Part shown: piece after piece, positions 48,970-59,525 of the stretch
Layout: each line of letters begins with the position of its first letter
How positions within the stretch are numbered: the stretch's first letter is position 1
Source of the DNA: Gemmatimonadaceae bacterium
Lineage (GTDB): Bacteria; Gemmatimonadota; Gemmatimonadetes; Gemmatimonadales; Gemmatimonadaceae
Reading direction: 5' to 3'
Length of the DNA: 64,000 nt
Assembly (NCBI GenBank): GCA_017881685.1
Contig: JADGQR010000060.1
Span: 1,370 to 65,369 of the forward strand
The notes under the pieces: model-generated
What the model was told of the DNA's origin: nothing
What the model saw: only the letters and a program-made list of their open reading frames with translations
Databases searched by the model: none
Made by a program: the position numbers and the translations under genes

Positions 48970-49586
48970 CAACACTTGATCTTGATGCGCTGGACTTCAC
49001 AAAGTCGGCCGGACTTGTAACCGTCATAGTGCAGGACGCAACATCGGGTACCGTACTCATGCTTGCCCATGCAGATCGCGAAGCTCTTCAAAAGACTCTC
49101 GACTCGGGAGAACTGCATTTCCGGTCGCGTACACGAGGGCTTTGGCACAAGGGAGAAACGAGCGGAAACGTGCAGCGAGTTGTTTCTCTCACGCCCGATT
49201 GTGATGGGGATGCGGTGCTGGCGCGTGTTATCCCGGCTGGACCTGCCTGTCACACGCTGTCTCAGTCGTGCTTCGGAGATCCTGCATTGCAACCCGACAC
49301 TCTTGCCGCGCTCGATCAGACAATCCTTGCGCGCGCCGAGTCGTTGGCCGCCGGAAACACAACAAAGAGCTACACGCACAAACTTCTTTCTGATCGCAAT
49401 CTCAGACTGAAGAAGATTGGAGAGGAATCAGCCGAGCTGATCACGGCAATCGCGGATAACGATCGTGAAAGGATTGCCGAAGAAGCCGCTGATGTCTTTT
49501 ATCACATACTCGTTGCCGTACGTGCGACAGGCATTGGATTGCAGGATATAAGAGACGTGCTCGCAAGAAGGGCGGGAGAGCGATAA
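48966..49586 (+). CDS. hisIE: Phosphoribosyl-AMP cyclohydrolase / phosphoribosyl-ATP pyrophosphatase
   Basis: [22 protein letters not shown]...SCF, KIGEE, EAAD. Confidence 0.97.
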   Translation: MTTLDLDALDFTKSAGLVTVIVQDATSGTVLMLAHADREALQKTLDSGELHFRSRTRGLWHKGETSGNVQRVVSLTPDCDGDAVLARVIPAGPACHTLSQSCFGDPALQPDTLAALDQTILARAESLAAGNTTKSYTHKLLSDRNLRLKKIGEESAELITAIADNDRERIAEEAADVFYHILVAVRATGIGLQDIRDVLARRAGER

Positions 49587-49621
49587 CCCGCTTCCCACCC
49601 TGGCCTTGCTCATCGCGCCGG

Positions 49622-50887
49622 TCAGAAAGAGGTCAACAGCGCCTTGTGTACCTGACTCGGGTCTCCAACATAGGCGAACTGCATTCCTTTCATGTACTTC
49701 CTTGCAACCCGTTGGACCGCTTCCGGTGTGACGCTCTTCAACTCTTCCACAAACTTGTCTGCGGCCCGGTAGTCGCCGCGATATAGCTCAGACCGCGCAA
49801 GAAAATCTGCTTGCGCGTCATTGGTTTCGTTGTCGAGGAAATACTCGGTGAGAAACTGCTGCTCCAGTCTTCCAAGACCGTCCTGATCCAGTAGCCCATC
49901 CTGAAGCTCGCGCACAGCACTGTGCATCAGCTTGAGCGTTGTATCTGGCGCGACCGTCGTCACGTACAATCCACCCGCAGTCGCAGCCCGGTCGACAAAA
50001 GGTGCGTGCACATCATAAGTGAGATTCTCACGTGTGCGAATTTCCGAGAACATTCTGCCGGTGAGTACTGACGTAGCGATTCTCAGCGCCTGATAGTCCT
50101 CACTGTTGGCGAGAGGGCCGCTGTAGTACCCAACGATATAGTTGGTCGGCAGGTTGCGTTGTTCCATCACAACTGCTGGTGCTTTTTCAGGAAGTCTTGG
50201 CGGTGCGGTCCACGTGTAGCTGCCCTGCGGGAGTTTCGCCAGAGTGCTCCGCACCAGTCGCTCCACATGAGCGCGGTCGACGTCGCCGACAATGACCAGA
50301 AGCAGTCTCGATTTCACGAATTGCGTCGCCTGATAATCGCGAAGAGCTTTGGCATCCAGCGATGAAATCGATGTCTCGGTTCCAGTCACCGGTATTCCAT
50401 AAGGATGTCCGGCAGACACAATGCTGTCGGCCAGATACTCGGCCAGTGCATCCGGATCATCTCTGCGCTGTCGAATACCGGAAATGAACTGCGTCTTCAC
50501 AAGAGCGATGTCTTCGGGATCGAGAGTCGGCTGCATTACACGGTCAGCGAAGATCGCCCAGGTTGAATCGAGGACTTCGGTCGTTGCATGCACGCCGAAC
50601 ATGGTCCAGTCGTCCGAAGGCTCAGTGCTGATCTCGCTGCCGAGGCGCGACATCTTCCTGCGAAGGACCGCCTTTGGATACTTCGCCGTGCCGCGATCAG
50701 AAACCTCGAGAAGAAAGGGCTCTATACCAGCGTTGGCCGCGGTTATCTGCCTTGCACCACCAAGGAGGTAAAGGTTCGCCGCAACGACATTATTGGCGTT
50801 GCTTTGACGAAGAATGACCTTCACTCCGTCAACATCGAAGCTGTTGGTGAGCTTGGTAAGGGCGAGCGCAATTGAGAGCAGCATCAT
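49622..50887 (-). CDS. M16 peptidase family, non-catalytic subunit
   Basis: M16 fold (HPYG, RMFSEIRTRENLTY) without HxxEH; ATGA-coupled to partner. Confidence 0.88.
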   Translation of the reverse strand: MMLLSIALALTKLTNSFDVDGVKVILRQSNANNVVAANLYLLGGARQITAANAGIEPFLLEVSDRGTAKYPKAVLRRKMSRLGSEISTEPSDDWTMFGVHATTEVLDSTWAIFADRVMQPTLDPEDIALVKTQFISGIRQRRDDPDALAEYLADSIVSAGHPYGIPVTGTETSISSLDAKALRDYQATQFVKSRLLLVIVGDVDRAHVERLVRSTLAKLPQGSYTWTAPPRLPEKAPAVVMEQRNLPTNYIVGYYSGPLANSEDYQALRIATSVLTGRMFSEIRTRENLTYDVHAPFVDRAATAGGLYVTTVAPDTTLKLMHSAVRELQDGLLDQDGLGRLEQQFLTEYFLDNETNDAQADFLARSELYRGDYRAADKFVEELKSVTPEAVQRVARKYMKGMQFAYVGDPSQVHKALLTSF

Positions 50888-52287
50888 TCGCTGCCTCCAT
50901 TGGCAAGTTCCTGCGTCGTAAGACTTAGCTGCTGGCGAGAAGCCGGGTCAATCAGAACACCTGTGATGTGCGGCTTGCCGACTATGTATTTAGTCGCGTA
51001 CGCTCGAAGCTCCGCGGTTGTCTGCTGTGCCATATTGTCTACGTAACCCATGTAGTACTCGAGACTGGCAACGCTCCACCAGAAGCCGAGCGTATGTGCG
51101 AATCCCGAGGCCCGCTCTCTATCAAAAGCGGACGTGACCGCCCGGTGAGCTTTGACAGCCTCGAGCTCTCCAGTGTCAAGGTATCCTGGATCGTTGAACT
51201 TCTTGATCTCGGCATCCAGTGCAGCGATTGCCTTACGCAGATTCTGCGGTGATGTCTGCCCGCTGATCGTGATTGGGCCGACATGATTGAGCGTGTAGTA
51301 ATTCACTCCCATGCTCTGCCAGAGCCCGCTGTCGACGAGCCTCTGCTGAAATTTTGACCCGGGATCGTTTAGAACATCCGAGAACACGTCTGCTGCATAG
51401 GTCGACTTCGGATCTGCTCCGACGCTGGGGCCCTGCCACTGCACGAATACGGTCACGGCCCCAACTCCGGCTTCGACGATAACACCCTGATTTTTCGTCA
51501 AGGCTGGAATGACCGGTATCGGATCGGCAACAAACGGATCCGCACTCTTCTTCCAGCTTCCTAGCTCGCGTTGTGCAATCGCAAATACTTTCTCGGGATT
51601 GACGTCGCCCGACACGATGAGCACCGAATTGTTCGGCACATAATACTTTCGCTGAATCGTGCGCATCTTCTCCGGCGTGGTCGTAAGAATTACCTGCCTG
51701 TCTCCGATCACGTTTTTCCGGCTGAAGTTTCCCGGATAAAGCAGCATGTCCATTTCCTTGTTGAGACGGAAGAATGGACTCGATTCGTTTCGATCGTATT
51801 CGCCAATTACAACTTGTCGTTCCCTTTCCAGCTCGTCCTGGCGAAACAAGGGAGCTGTCAACGCGGCGGTGAGAAACCGGATGCCGGCATCGACACTGTC
51901 GGCAGAAACCGTCAGGTAATAGTTGACCCGTTCCTCGGCCGTGGTTCCGTTGAAAACGGCGCCCAGGTCTCCTGCTTTGCCGACAAACGATTCAGACTCC
52001 GGGTACTGAGCGTTCGACCGAAAGAACATGTGCTCGTACATGTGCGCCAGGCCGGCGAATTCCGGACTTTGTGTGAACGAGCCGTTCTTTACGTCGACCT
52101 CGACGGTTGCCAAGGGTACTCCATGGTTCTCGACGACAATCACTTCGAGACCATTTGGAAGTACTTTCCGTTTGATGATTTTCTCGAGCTCGGCGCGTTG
52201 AGCTGACACAATGGCTGGAGCAAGTACAAGCGCCAGTGTGACGGCGAAGGTAGCGAGCCGGGCAATACTGCGATTTCTTTGTGGCAT
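50884..52287 (-). CDS. M16 zinc peptidase, catalytic subunit (exported)
   Basis: Signal peptide; LPNGL, GLAHMYEHMFF, NGTT, ERERQVVIGE. Confidence 0.93.
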   Translation of the reverse strand: MPQRNRSIARLATFAVTLALVLAPAIVSAQRAELEKIIKRKVLPNGLEVIVVENHGVPLATVEVDVKNGSFTQSPEFAGLAHMYEHMFFRSNAQYPESESFVGKAGDLGAVFNGTTAEERVNYYLTVSADSVDAGIRFLTAALTAPLFRQDELERERQVVIGEYDRNESSPFFRLNKEMDMLLYPGNFSRKNVIGDRQVILTTTPEKMRTIQRKYYVPNNSVLIVSGDVNPEKVFAIAQRELGSWKKSADPFVADPIPVIPALTKNQGVIVEAGVGAVTVFVQWQGPSVGADPKSTYAADVFSDVLNDPGSKFQQRLVDSGLWQSMGVNYYTLNHVGPITISGQTSPQNLRKAIAALDAEIKKFNDPGYLDTGELEAVKAHRAVTSAFDRERASGFAHTLGFWWSVASLEYYMGYVDNMAQQTTAELRAYATKYIVGKPHITGVLIDPASRQQLSLTTQELANGGSE

Positions 52288-52307
52288 GTTGGTCAACAAA
52301 AACCTCG

Positions 52308-53243
52308 ATGATTGACGCTTACGCAAAATTAGCCCAGCAGTTGAATCAGTCACAGCTGAGGCATGACGAGCCCATAGCTCCATACACCACGTTCCGTATT
52401 GGTGGTCCGGCCGATCTTTTCTATTCGACGGTCACGGCCGATGATCTTGCGTCTGCGGTCCTCTTGGCTCGAGAATACTCTGTTCCATACTTCGTCCTTG
52501 GCCTCGGCGCAAACATTCTTGTTGGCGACCGCGGGTTTCGAGGACTGGTTATCAGAAATCACGCCAGTCACTTCACCTTCTACGACGATGGCCGCCTCTG
52601 GGTCGAGAGTGGGGCCATTATGGCTGACCTGATTCCGGAAGCTGTCGAGAGAGGCTGGTCCGGACTTGAGCACTATGTTGGAATACCGAGCACGGTAGGC
52701 GGTGCGGTTTGGCAAAACCTCCACTTTCTGGAGCCAGAGCCCGAACGTAAACGCACGATGTTCATCGCGGACGTTTTCTCTTCCTGCGAGATCCTTTCGG
52801 AAGAGGGTGAGCGCAAAACCGTCGACAGCGACTACATGAAGTTCGGCTATGACACCAGCATCCTGCACAGACGGCGCGACGTTGCGCTTGCTGTGACCTT
52901 TCAGCTGCAGCGGGGCGATACAGCCGCAATGCATAAGGTGATGCAGGAGAATCTGAGCTGGCGAGGTGCGCGTCATCCGTGGCTGCAGTTCCATCCGAGC
53001 GCCGGATCGATTTTCAAGAAGATCGAAGGAATGGGTGCTGGTCGCCTCATTGACCAGTGTGACCTGAAAGGTTTCCGGCACGGAAACGCTCAGATCTCCC
53101 ACATCCACGCGAACATCATGGTCAACCTCGGCGGCGCAACAGCAAAAGATGTTCGTGAGCTCATTACGATTGCGCAGGAGGCTGTTGAAGAGAAGTTCAA
53201 CGTGAGACTGGAGCCAGAGATCGGGTTTATCGGCGAGTTCTAG
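52308..53243 (+). CDS. murB: UDP-N-acetylmuramate dehydrogenase
   Basis: TTFRIGGPAD, LGLGANILV, GIPSTVGGA, SAGSIFK, HANIMVN, LEPEI. Confidence 0.95.
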   Translation: MIDAYAKLAQQLNQSQLRHDEPIAPYTTFRIGGPADLFYSTVTADDLASAVLLAREYSVPYFVLGLGANILVGDRGFRGLVIRNHASHFTFYDDGRLWVESGAIMADLIPEAVERGWSGLEHYVGIPSTVGGAVWQNLHFLEPEPERKRTMFIADVFSSCEILSEEGERKTVDSDYMKFGYDTSILHRRRDVALAVTFQLQRGDTAAMHKVMQENLSWRGARHPWLQFHPSAGSIFKKIEGMGAGRLIDQCDLKGFRHGNAQISHIHANIMVNLGGATAKDVRELITIAQEAVEEKFNVRLEPEIGFIGEF

Positions 53244-55195
53244 CGCGCCCCGACCGTCTGTCTGTCCGCTTCCTCGGTGGCTTTCGTCCACTCCTCCAAA
53301 GCGTCATCGAGTTTCTTCTTGAGCTGCTCGAGCTCTTTTCCGCCGAGCCTCGCTTTTCTCTTTCCGTCAGTCGTGGTGTAGAGACCGGGATCGGCTAGAC
53401 TTGCGGTCAGGTCAGCGATTTTCGTTTCGAGCTGTTCGACTGCCTTTTCTGTGGCCTCAGCCTTTTGTTTTGCAGATCGTGCGGCGTCGCGCGTACGCCC
53501 TTTGTCATCTTCCCGGCGTTTCGTTTTCTGCTTCTCGTGTACCCGTCGGAGTGATTCTTCTTCGGAAGCATTGACAGCAGCCGCGTGTGCGCGCTCGTTG
53601 CTGATGATCTCCCACTCAGCGAATGTTCCGTCGAAGTCCGTTATGTGTCGATCGTGAAGCAGCCACACCCGGTCGACGAGTGTCCGCAGCAGCTCTCTGT
53701 CGTGACTGACGAGGAGCACAGTTCCATCGTACTCCTGAATCGCGTCTTCCAGGGCCTCGATCGATTCGACGTCCAGGTGATTCGTAGGCTCATCGAGTAT
53801 CAGGAGATTTGCGCGAGCGAGGACGATCATCGCGAGTGCAACGCGTGCCCGCTCGCCGCCAGAAAGAGTTCCAGCAAACCGCTGTACTTCCTCGCCTGAA
53901 AAGCCAAATCGGGCGAGGTGAGCTTGTACCTGACGACGCTCCCACAGCGGGCGAAGATCGGAGATCACATCGTAGAGTGACCGATCCATTGGGACCTGAC
54001 TGAGATCCTGGCGATAGTATGCCGCCTTTATCGAGCCGCCGAGACGAATTTCACCGTCAAGAGTTTCATGGTCGTCAACGAGCGTTCTCAGCAGTGTCGA
54101 TTTACCAGAGCCGTTTGGGCCAAGCAAGCCAAGAATCTGGCCACGTTTGATAGATGCGCTGAAATCTTCTATCAGCACTCGTCCATCGATTCCGATCGAA
54201 ACGTGATCTGCGACTGCTACCAGATCGCCACCGCGATCCGCGATGTCGAGTCGCAGCGCCATTGTTCCATCGGAACCGATTGGCGCACTGAGTCGTGGCA
54301 GTCTCGCAAGAAGTTTGCGACGTCCTTTGGCCTGTTTCGAGTTTTGCCCAGCGAGATTTCGCCGAACATAGTCTTCCTGATCCTCGACGAATTTCCGTTG
54401 CTTCTCGAACGCGCGATGTTGCGAGAGACGCCGCTCTTCGCGCTGGCGAACGAATGATTCGTAGCCACCGGAATACACGAAAGCCGTATCGCCTTCGAAG
54501 TGAAGCACGTGATCGACGACACTTGCCAGGAACGCACGATCATGGCTGATGAGAAGAATCGTCTTGTCCGTCGCCTTCAAATAGCCTTCGAGCCACTGCG
54601 TCGTATCGAGATCGAGGTGATTTGTCGGCTCGTCGAGAAGCAGAACGTCTGCAGGACTTACGAGCTGTCGCGCCACTCCGAGGCGCCCTCGTTCACCCCC
54701 ACTTAGCTGGGTCAGGCTTCGTGTCCGCGCTTCGACTGGATCGAAGCCAAGTCCGTGCAGTACCGCATCAACCTTCGGCGCGAATGTGTAACCGCCTTCG
54801 CGGTCGAATCTTTCGAGATCTCGATCGTACCGGGCAAGCATTGCCGGCGTCGATTTCTCTCCAAGCTCGCCAATCTTGACGCTTTGCTCGGCTAATGACT
54901 GTTCGAGCTTGAGAAGATCAGCGAATTGTCCGGCGGCAGCAGACCATACAGTGTCGGCATCGCCGAAATCACGATGCTGCTCGAGAAGCGAGATCGTCAG
55001 GTTCGGCTGCCTTGAGACGGTCCCTGATGTCGGCTCCTGCTCACCGGTGATCAGCCGGAACAACGTCGTCTTGCCGGTGCCATTCCTCCCGACTATTCCC
55101 CAACGTTCGCCACGCGCTACCGTGAACGTGATGTCGCGAAAAAGGGTTGTTGCGCCAAACTGTACCAACGCTCCTGAAACTGAAATCTGTGTCAC
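53240..55195 (-). CDS. ABC-F family ATPase (Uup-like)
   Basis: Two ABC cassettes (GRNGTGKT/LSGGE/DEPTNHLD; GPNGSGKS/LSGGE/DEPTNHLD), no TM; GTGA coupling. Confidence 0.95.
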   Translation of the reverse strand: MTQISVSGALVQFGATTLFRDITFTVARGERWGIVGRNGTGKTTLFRLITGEQEPTSGTVSRQPNLTISLLEQHRDFGDADTVWSAAAGQFADLLKLEQSLAEQSVKIGELGEKSTPAMLARYDRDLERFDREGGYTFAPKVDAVLHGLGFDPVEARTRSLTQLSGGERGRLGVARQLVSPADVLLLDEPTNHLDLDTTQWLEGYLKATDKTILLISHDRAFLASVVDHVLHFEGDTAFVYSGGYESFVRQREERRLSQHRAFEKQRKFVEDQEDYVRRNLAGQNSKQAKGRRKLLARLPRLSAPIGSDGTMALRLDIADRGGDLVAVADHVSIGIDGRVLIEDFSASIKRGQILGLLGPNGSGKSTLLRTLVDDHETLDGEIRLGGSIKAAYYRQDLSQVPMDRSLYDVISDLRPLWERRQVQAHLARFGFSGEEVQRFAGTLSGGERARVALAMIVLARANLLILDEPTNHLDVESIEALEDAIQEYDGTVLLVSHDRELLRTLVDRVWLLHDRHITDFDGTFAEWEIISNERAHAAAVNASEEESLRRVHEKQKTKRREDDKGRTRDAARSAKQKAEATEKAVEQLETKIADLTASLADPGLYTTTDGKRKARLGGKELEQLKKKLDDALEEWTKATEEADRQTVGAR

Positions 55196-56289
55196 CCGCG
55201 AATGACCTCTTCGCAGGCATCGAGACAACGCTGAAGTGTCGACACAGTGTGATCGCCCATGTGGCCAACTCGGAACGTCGTTCCGCCAAGCTTACCGTAA
55301 CCTGTGCCAACGGTGATACCGAGTTTTCTAACCTTCTGCACAAATTCCGGTCCGACGATTCCTTCGGGTAGCTGGATTGTCGACACTGTCGGCGATCTGA
55401 ACTCAGATGCGACGATGTTCTTCCAATCGGCGCCAGTTCTCGAGCGACTTGCGTCGATCCACGAGCTGATTTGCTCGGCCATGGTGGTATGACGAGCCCA
55501 GCGTCCTTCCACAGTCTCTCGCTGCATCGCTTCGAGTTGAACTTCCAGTGCATAAAGCAGCGAAAAGGATGGCGTGGCCGGGACCTGGTTCGTTTTTGCA
55601 AACCGATCCATTTCCACGATGTCGAAATAGACCCCACGATTCGGTGAGTCTGCCGCGAGCGCAACCATCTTCTCCGACGCTGCGGCGAAAGCCAAGCCGG
55701 GCGGGAGAGCGATCGCTTTCTGCGATCCAGTGAGAACGAAATCAAGCTTCCATTCATCGAATCGAAGCTCGGCTCCTGCCAGACCACTGACGCTGTCGAT
55801 CAGGCAAAGCACGCCTTTCGAATGCGCCTTATCGGATATTTGTCGGACGGGGCTGAGCGCCCCTGTCGATGTCTCCGAGTGTGTAGCGAGGACGGCAACG
55901 AACTTCGCGTCGGTTAGATAACGTTCTAACCTGTCCAGGGAGTGAACCTCTCCCCACGGAACCGCGTAACGGGTTACCTCACGACCACACATCTCGGCGA
56001 TATGCGCGAACCGCTCCGAAAACGCACCATTCACAAGGCTCAAGATCGGCCCCGGGGGAATCGCGCGAACCGCCGCTTCCATCATCCCGGTTCCCGAACA
56101 CGCCGCGAGAAATACAGGCCGTTCCGTCTTGAAGAGATCTTTGAGTCCTACCTGGATACGGGCAAACAACTCCTCGAATTCTGCACTTCGATGAGGAATC
56201 ATCGGCTTAAGCATCGCGCGCAGGACTTCCTGCCTTACCTCAGTCGGACCGGGAAGGAAAAACGTCCCGAAATCAGGGTCAGTTTGCAT
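55192..56289 (-). CDS. Class V PLP aminotransferase (alanine-glyoxylate/serine-pyruvate type)
   Basis: PGPT, HSETSTG, DSVS, TGSQKAIALPPG, FRVGHMG. Confidence 0.93.
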   Translation of the reverse strand: MQTDPDFGTFFLPGPTEVRQEVLRAMLKPMIPHRSAEFEELFARIQVGLKDLFKTERPVFLAACSGTGMMEAAVRAIPPGPILSLVNGAFSERFAHIAEMCGREVTRYAVPWGEVHSLDRLERYLTDAKFVAVLATHSETSTGALSPVRQISDKAHSKGVLCLIDSVSGLAGAELRFDEWKLDFVLTGSQKAIALPPGLAFAAASEKMVALAADSPNRGVYFDIVEMDRFAKTNQVPATPSFSLLYALEVQLEAMQRETVEGRWARHTTMAEQISSWIDASRSRTGADWKNIVASEFRSPTVSTIQLPEGIVGPEFVQKVRKLGITVGTGYGKLGGTTFRVGHMGDHTVSTLQRCLDACEEVIRG

Positions 56290-56332
56290 TATCCAACCTA
56301 GCCGTTATTTGAACCTCAGGACAACTGACTGC

Positions 56333-56680
56333 TCAACCTGCGACCCAAGCATTCCATGTTGCTTCCTCGAGTCCGATGGTAAGCTGAGTTCCGTTTCTGA
56401 CGAGCGGCATTCTTAATAGAAGCGGTTCCTCGACAAGCCTGAAAAGCCAGCTATCGTCCGACATTCTCGCATGTCGTAACCCAAGATCTTGAAACACGGC
56501 AGAACTTGAATCAACCAGCGCGCCGACACCGAATTTCTGGGCAAAGCGCCGCAGCTCACCCAGAGATGCTGCTCTCTCATTCAGGTCGACGAAATGCGTC
56601 TTGATTCGCCGCTCAGAAAAGAAGCGAAGCGCTTTCCGCGTGTCTGAGCTTTTTCGCACCCCGAAAACCTGTACTTCCAT
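56333..56680 (-). CDS. ArsC/Spx family protein, cysteine-free
   Basis: DTRKALRFF.ER, P.LLRMPLVRNG. Confidence 0.85.
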   Translation of the reverse strand: MEVQVFGVRKSSDTRKALRFFSERRIKTHFVDLNERAASLGELRRFAQKFGVGALVDSSSAVFQDLGLRHARMSDDSWLFRLVEEPLLLRMPLVRNGTQLTIGLEEATWNAWVAG

Positions 56681-56739
56681 TTGATGTTTCTTAGTAGATT
56701 CGACAGTCGACTACGCTGATTGCTTCCGAGAGTTTTCTT

Positions 56740-57753
56740 CTGACGCAGCTTCGTTTTTCTCCCGCCTGGTGGCTCCCCGGACCAAACCTGCAAACGCTTT
56801 GGGGCAAGTTCATGCGCCCCCGGTTTCCGCTGAAAACTCGCCTCGAACGTCTCGACACGCCCGATGGAGACTTCCTGGAGCTTCATCATCTTCCGGGAAG
56901 AGTTGGCGCCCCACTTCTGGTTCTCCTCCACGGTCTCGAGGGTTCGCTGCGCTCTCATTATATCCATGGACTACTCGATGAGGCGAGTCATAGAGGCTGG
57001 CACGCTGTCGTCCTGATTTTCCGGTCCTGCGGCGACGCCATGAATTCAGCTCGGCGGTTCTACCACTCAGGCGAGACGACAGACCTTGCATCCACGATCG
57101 ATCATCTGATCATCACCAACCCGGGCGTGGACTTGATTTTGGCTGGCGTATCCCTGGGTGGAAATGTTCTGCTGAAATATCTTGGAGAACACGAGAATGA
57201 TGTTCCGTCGCAGGTCCGCGCTGCTGCTGCGGTTTCCGTCCCCTATGATCTCGGCAAGGCTGCCAATCACATCGACAAGGGGTTCGCGAAAGTGTATCAG
57301 CGAAGTTTCATCAAGTCGCTTCAGTCGAAGGCAATTGCAAAGCTCGAGCAATATCCGGATCTCGTGCCCAGAGAGGATATCACCTCGATCCGCACAATGC
57401 GTGACTTCGACAACAAAATCACAGCGCCGCTCCATGGTTTTGAAGACGCTGACGACTACTATGCCAAATCGAGTGCCATCAAATGGCTCCATGGGATCCG
57501 TGTCGACACGCTTTTGCTCAGTGCCGTTGACGATCCGTTCCTTCCGTCCCAGGTTCTGGATGACGTGCGCGAGACGGCAAGACACAACCCATCGCTCCAC
57601 ATGGAATTCACGCCAAATGGCGGGCACGCAGGTTTTGTTGGAGGCACGAGTCCATTTCGACCCGAGTACTACATGGAAAAACGAGTCGGTGATTTTCTTG
57701 CAAGCCACGTGATGCGCTCTGACTCAGTCATCTACAGCGGAGGACAGTCCTGA
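56740..57753 (+). CDS. YheT-like alpha/beta hydrolase (probable CTG start)
   Basis: PAWWLPGPNLQTLW lies upstream of first ATG (56812); HGLEGS, YHSGET, GVSLGGN, DDPF, GGHAGF. Confidence 0.88.
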   Translation: MTQLRFSPAWWLPGPNLQTLWGKFMRPRFPLKTRLERLDTPDGDFLELHHLPGRVGAPLLVLLHGLEGSLRSHYIHGLLDEASHRGWHAVVLIFRSCGDAMNSARRFYHSGETTDLASTIDHLIITNPGVDLILAGVSLGGNVLLKYLGEHENDVPSQVRAAAAVSVPYDLGKAANHIDKGFAKVYQRSFIKSLQSKAIAKLEQYPDLVPREDITSIRTMRDFDNKITAPLHGFEDADDYYAKSSAIKWLHGIRVDTLLLSAVDDPFLPSQVLDDVRETARHNPSLHMEFTPNGGHAGFVGGTSPFRPEYYMEKRVGDFLASHVMRSDSVIYSGGQS

Positions 57754-58649
57754 TGTCCAGTCGAACCGTTCGTCAGTTGGTCCTGTTGGGCTTTATGTTG
57801 GTTGCCGGCTGCACGACTACTCGCATGAACGGGGCAGCAGATCACTCTGATCACGACTTGATTGCTCTATCCACAACCGTATCCGTTCCGGGAAACGCAT
57901 CTCTGCCAGCAGACGCGGCAGGCGCACGTGCGCGACTCGCCAGCTCACCTCGTCATGGCGAGTGGGTGACCTACCAGTCAGGCTCCGACAGCATCAGGGC
58001 ATGGCTCGTATATCCTCAGCGAAAGGACAATGCTCCGGTCGTGGTCATCATTCATGAGATCTATGGGCTGACACCCTGGATTCGTGCGGTGGCTGATCAG
58101 CTCGCTCAGGAAGGCTACATAGCGATTGCTCCCGATCTGCTCACGATGAAAGGGCTGCCCAACGCAACCGATAGCGTTCCTTCGGATCTCGCTACCGCTG
58201 CAATTCGCACTTTGACTTCGGCTGACGTCCAGCGCTATCTGGACGCGACTGCGAGCTATGCGATGGCCCTTCCATCGGCCCAGAAGAAATACGGAATCGT
58301 TGGTTTCTGTTGGGGAGGCGGAGCGTCATTCGAGCACGCAGTTCATTCTCCATCGCTTGCAGCATCGGTGGTTTACTACGGCGTCTCGCCTGCGACGGCT
58401 TCCCTTGGTTCAATCAAAGCACCAGTGCTTGGACTTTACGGAGGAAGCGATGCGCGAGTCGGCGCAACCGTTCCACCCGCAGATACTGCCATGAAAGCCC
58501 TCGGAAAGATTTTCACACACTACAGTTATGAAGGCGCTGGCCACGGGTTTCTTCGTCAACAGAGTGGGCAGTCCGGTGCAAATCTGACTGCAACTCAAAA
58601 GGCGTGGCCCGCAACAATTACATGGTTCCGCCGTTATCTCGGTGCGTAA
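57753..58649 (+). CDS. Dienelactone hydrolase family lipoprotein
   Basis: Lipobox VAGC; HEIYGL, APDL, GFCWGG, AGHGF. Confidence 0.92.
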   Translation: MSSRTVRQLVLLGFMLVAGCTTTRMNGAADHSDHDLIALSTTVSVPGNASLPADAAGARARLASSPRHGEWVTYQSGSDSIRAWLVYPQRKDNAPVVVIIHEIYGLTPWIRAVADQLAQEGYIAIAPDLLTMKGLPNATDSVPSDLATAAIRTLTSADVQRYLDATASYAMALPSAQKKYGIVGFCWGGGASFEHAVHSPSLAASVVYYGVSPATASLGSIKAPVLGLYGGSDARVGATVPPADTAMKALGKIFTHYSYEGAGHGFLRQQSGQSGANLTATQKAWPATITWFRRYLGA

Positions 58650-58652
58650 TAG

Positions 58653-59186
58653 ATGATTCAGAAGATCGCTTTTCTTTCGACATTCATGGCCGGTCTGGCG
58701 CTCGCCGTTCACTCGATGCTGCACGGCGTGGAACGGTGGCGTAGAAAGCGATCAGACCGGCCGTCTGCGGTATTCAATCCGCCAACCGTCGCAGCGCTGG
58801 CTGTTGGCGTTGGGGCTTCCGGATATCTGCTAACGACCCGCACCAGGCTCGGAATATTGGCTGTAATTGCCCTCTCGGCAATTATCGGGATCGTCGCACT
58901 CAGTGGCATGATTGTGCTGATGGCGAAGTGGGCGCTGCGAACTCCAGCCACGCCTCAATTGACGGCCGAGGAAGACACAAATGGTCAGATCGCCGTGGTG
59001 GTGCGAACCATCACTCCGGACTCCGGCGGCGAAATCGAGTACTTCGCGTGGGACAAGAAGCACGTGCTTCCGGCCGAGGCGATCGACTCGACAGTTATTC
59101 CAGAAGGCACTGAAGTTGTGATTGATTCGATTGAAAATGGGATCGCGCGTGTGGAGCTCTGGTCGATCGTCGAGTCGCGTCTTTAG
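58653..59186 (+). CDS. NfeD-like membrane protein (C-terminal OB fold)
   Basis: Three TMs then GQIAVV..I....GEI...IPEGTEVVIDSIENGIARV. Confidence 0.75.
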   Translation: MIQKIAFLSTFMAGLALAVHSMLHGVERWRRKRSDRPSAVFNPPTVAALAVGVGASGYLLTTRTRLGILAVIALSAIIGIVALSGMIVLMAKWALRTPATPQLTAEEDTNGQIAVVVRTITPDSGGEIEYFAWDKKHVLPAEAIDSTVIPEGTEVVIDSIENGIARVELWSIVESRL

Positions 59187-59189
59187 ACG

Positions 59190-59468
59190 CTACATCGCAT
59201 ACAACCGGAGCCACTCGGGCCAGTTTCCACTTAGCTCAAAGAATTCATCGAAGTAGACAAGGCCTCGTGACTCGAAATACGCTACTACGAGTCCAAGCAT
59301 GTCATCCGAAGGAAGCGGTCCAATTGCGATCAATCCGCCTTCGACACGAAATTCAGTGTCGGTGAGATTGAACATGGTATCAATTTCGGGCCGATTTATG
59401 CCGGCACGCTCGAACACATCTTTCCTGATTAGAATCGTCGGCAGTCCTGCGGGAACGGTCAGGGGCAC
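59190..59468 (-). CDS. Hypothetical protein (92 aa)
   Basis: GTG start with AGGAG SD; fills gap; GLVYFDEFFELSGNWPEWL. Confidence 0.75.
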   Translation of the reverse strand: MPLTVPAGLPTILIRKDVFERAGINRPEIDTMFNLTDTEFRVEGGLIAIGPLPSDDMLGLVVAYFESRGLVYFDEFFELSGNWPEWLRLYAM

Positions 59469-59525
59469 GCTCTCTCCTTGCTATTTCACGGACAATTCTT
59501 GACGTCTCAACATTAGCTTCAATGT

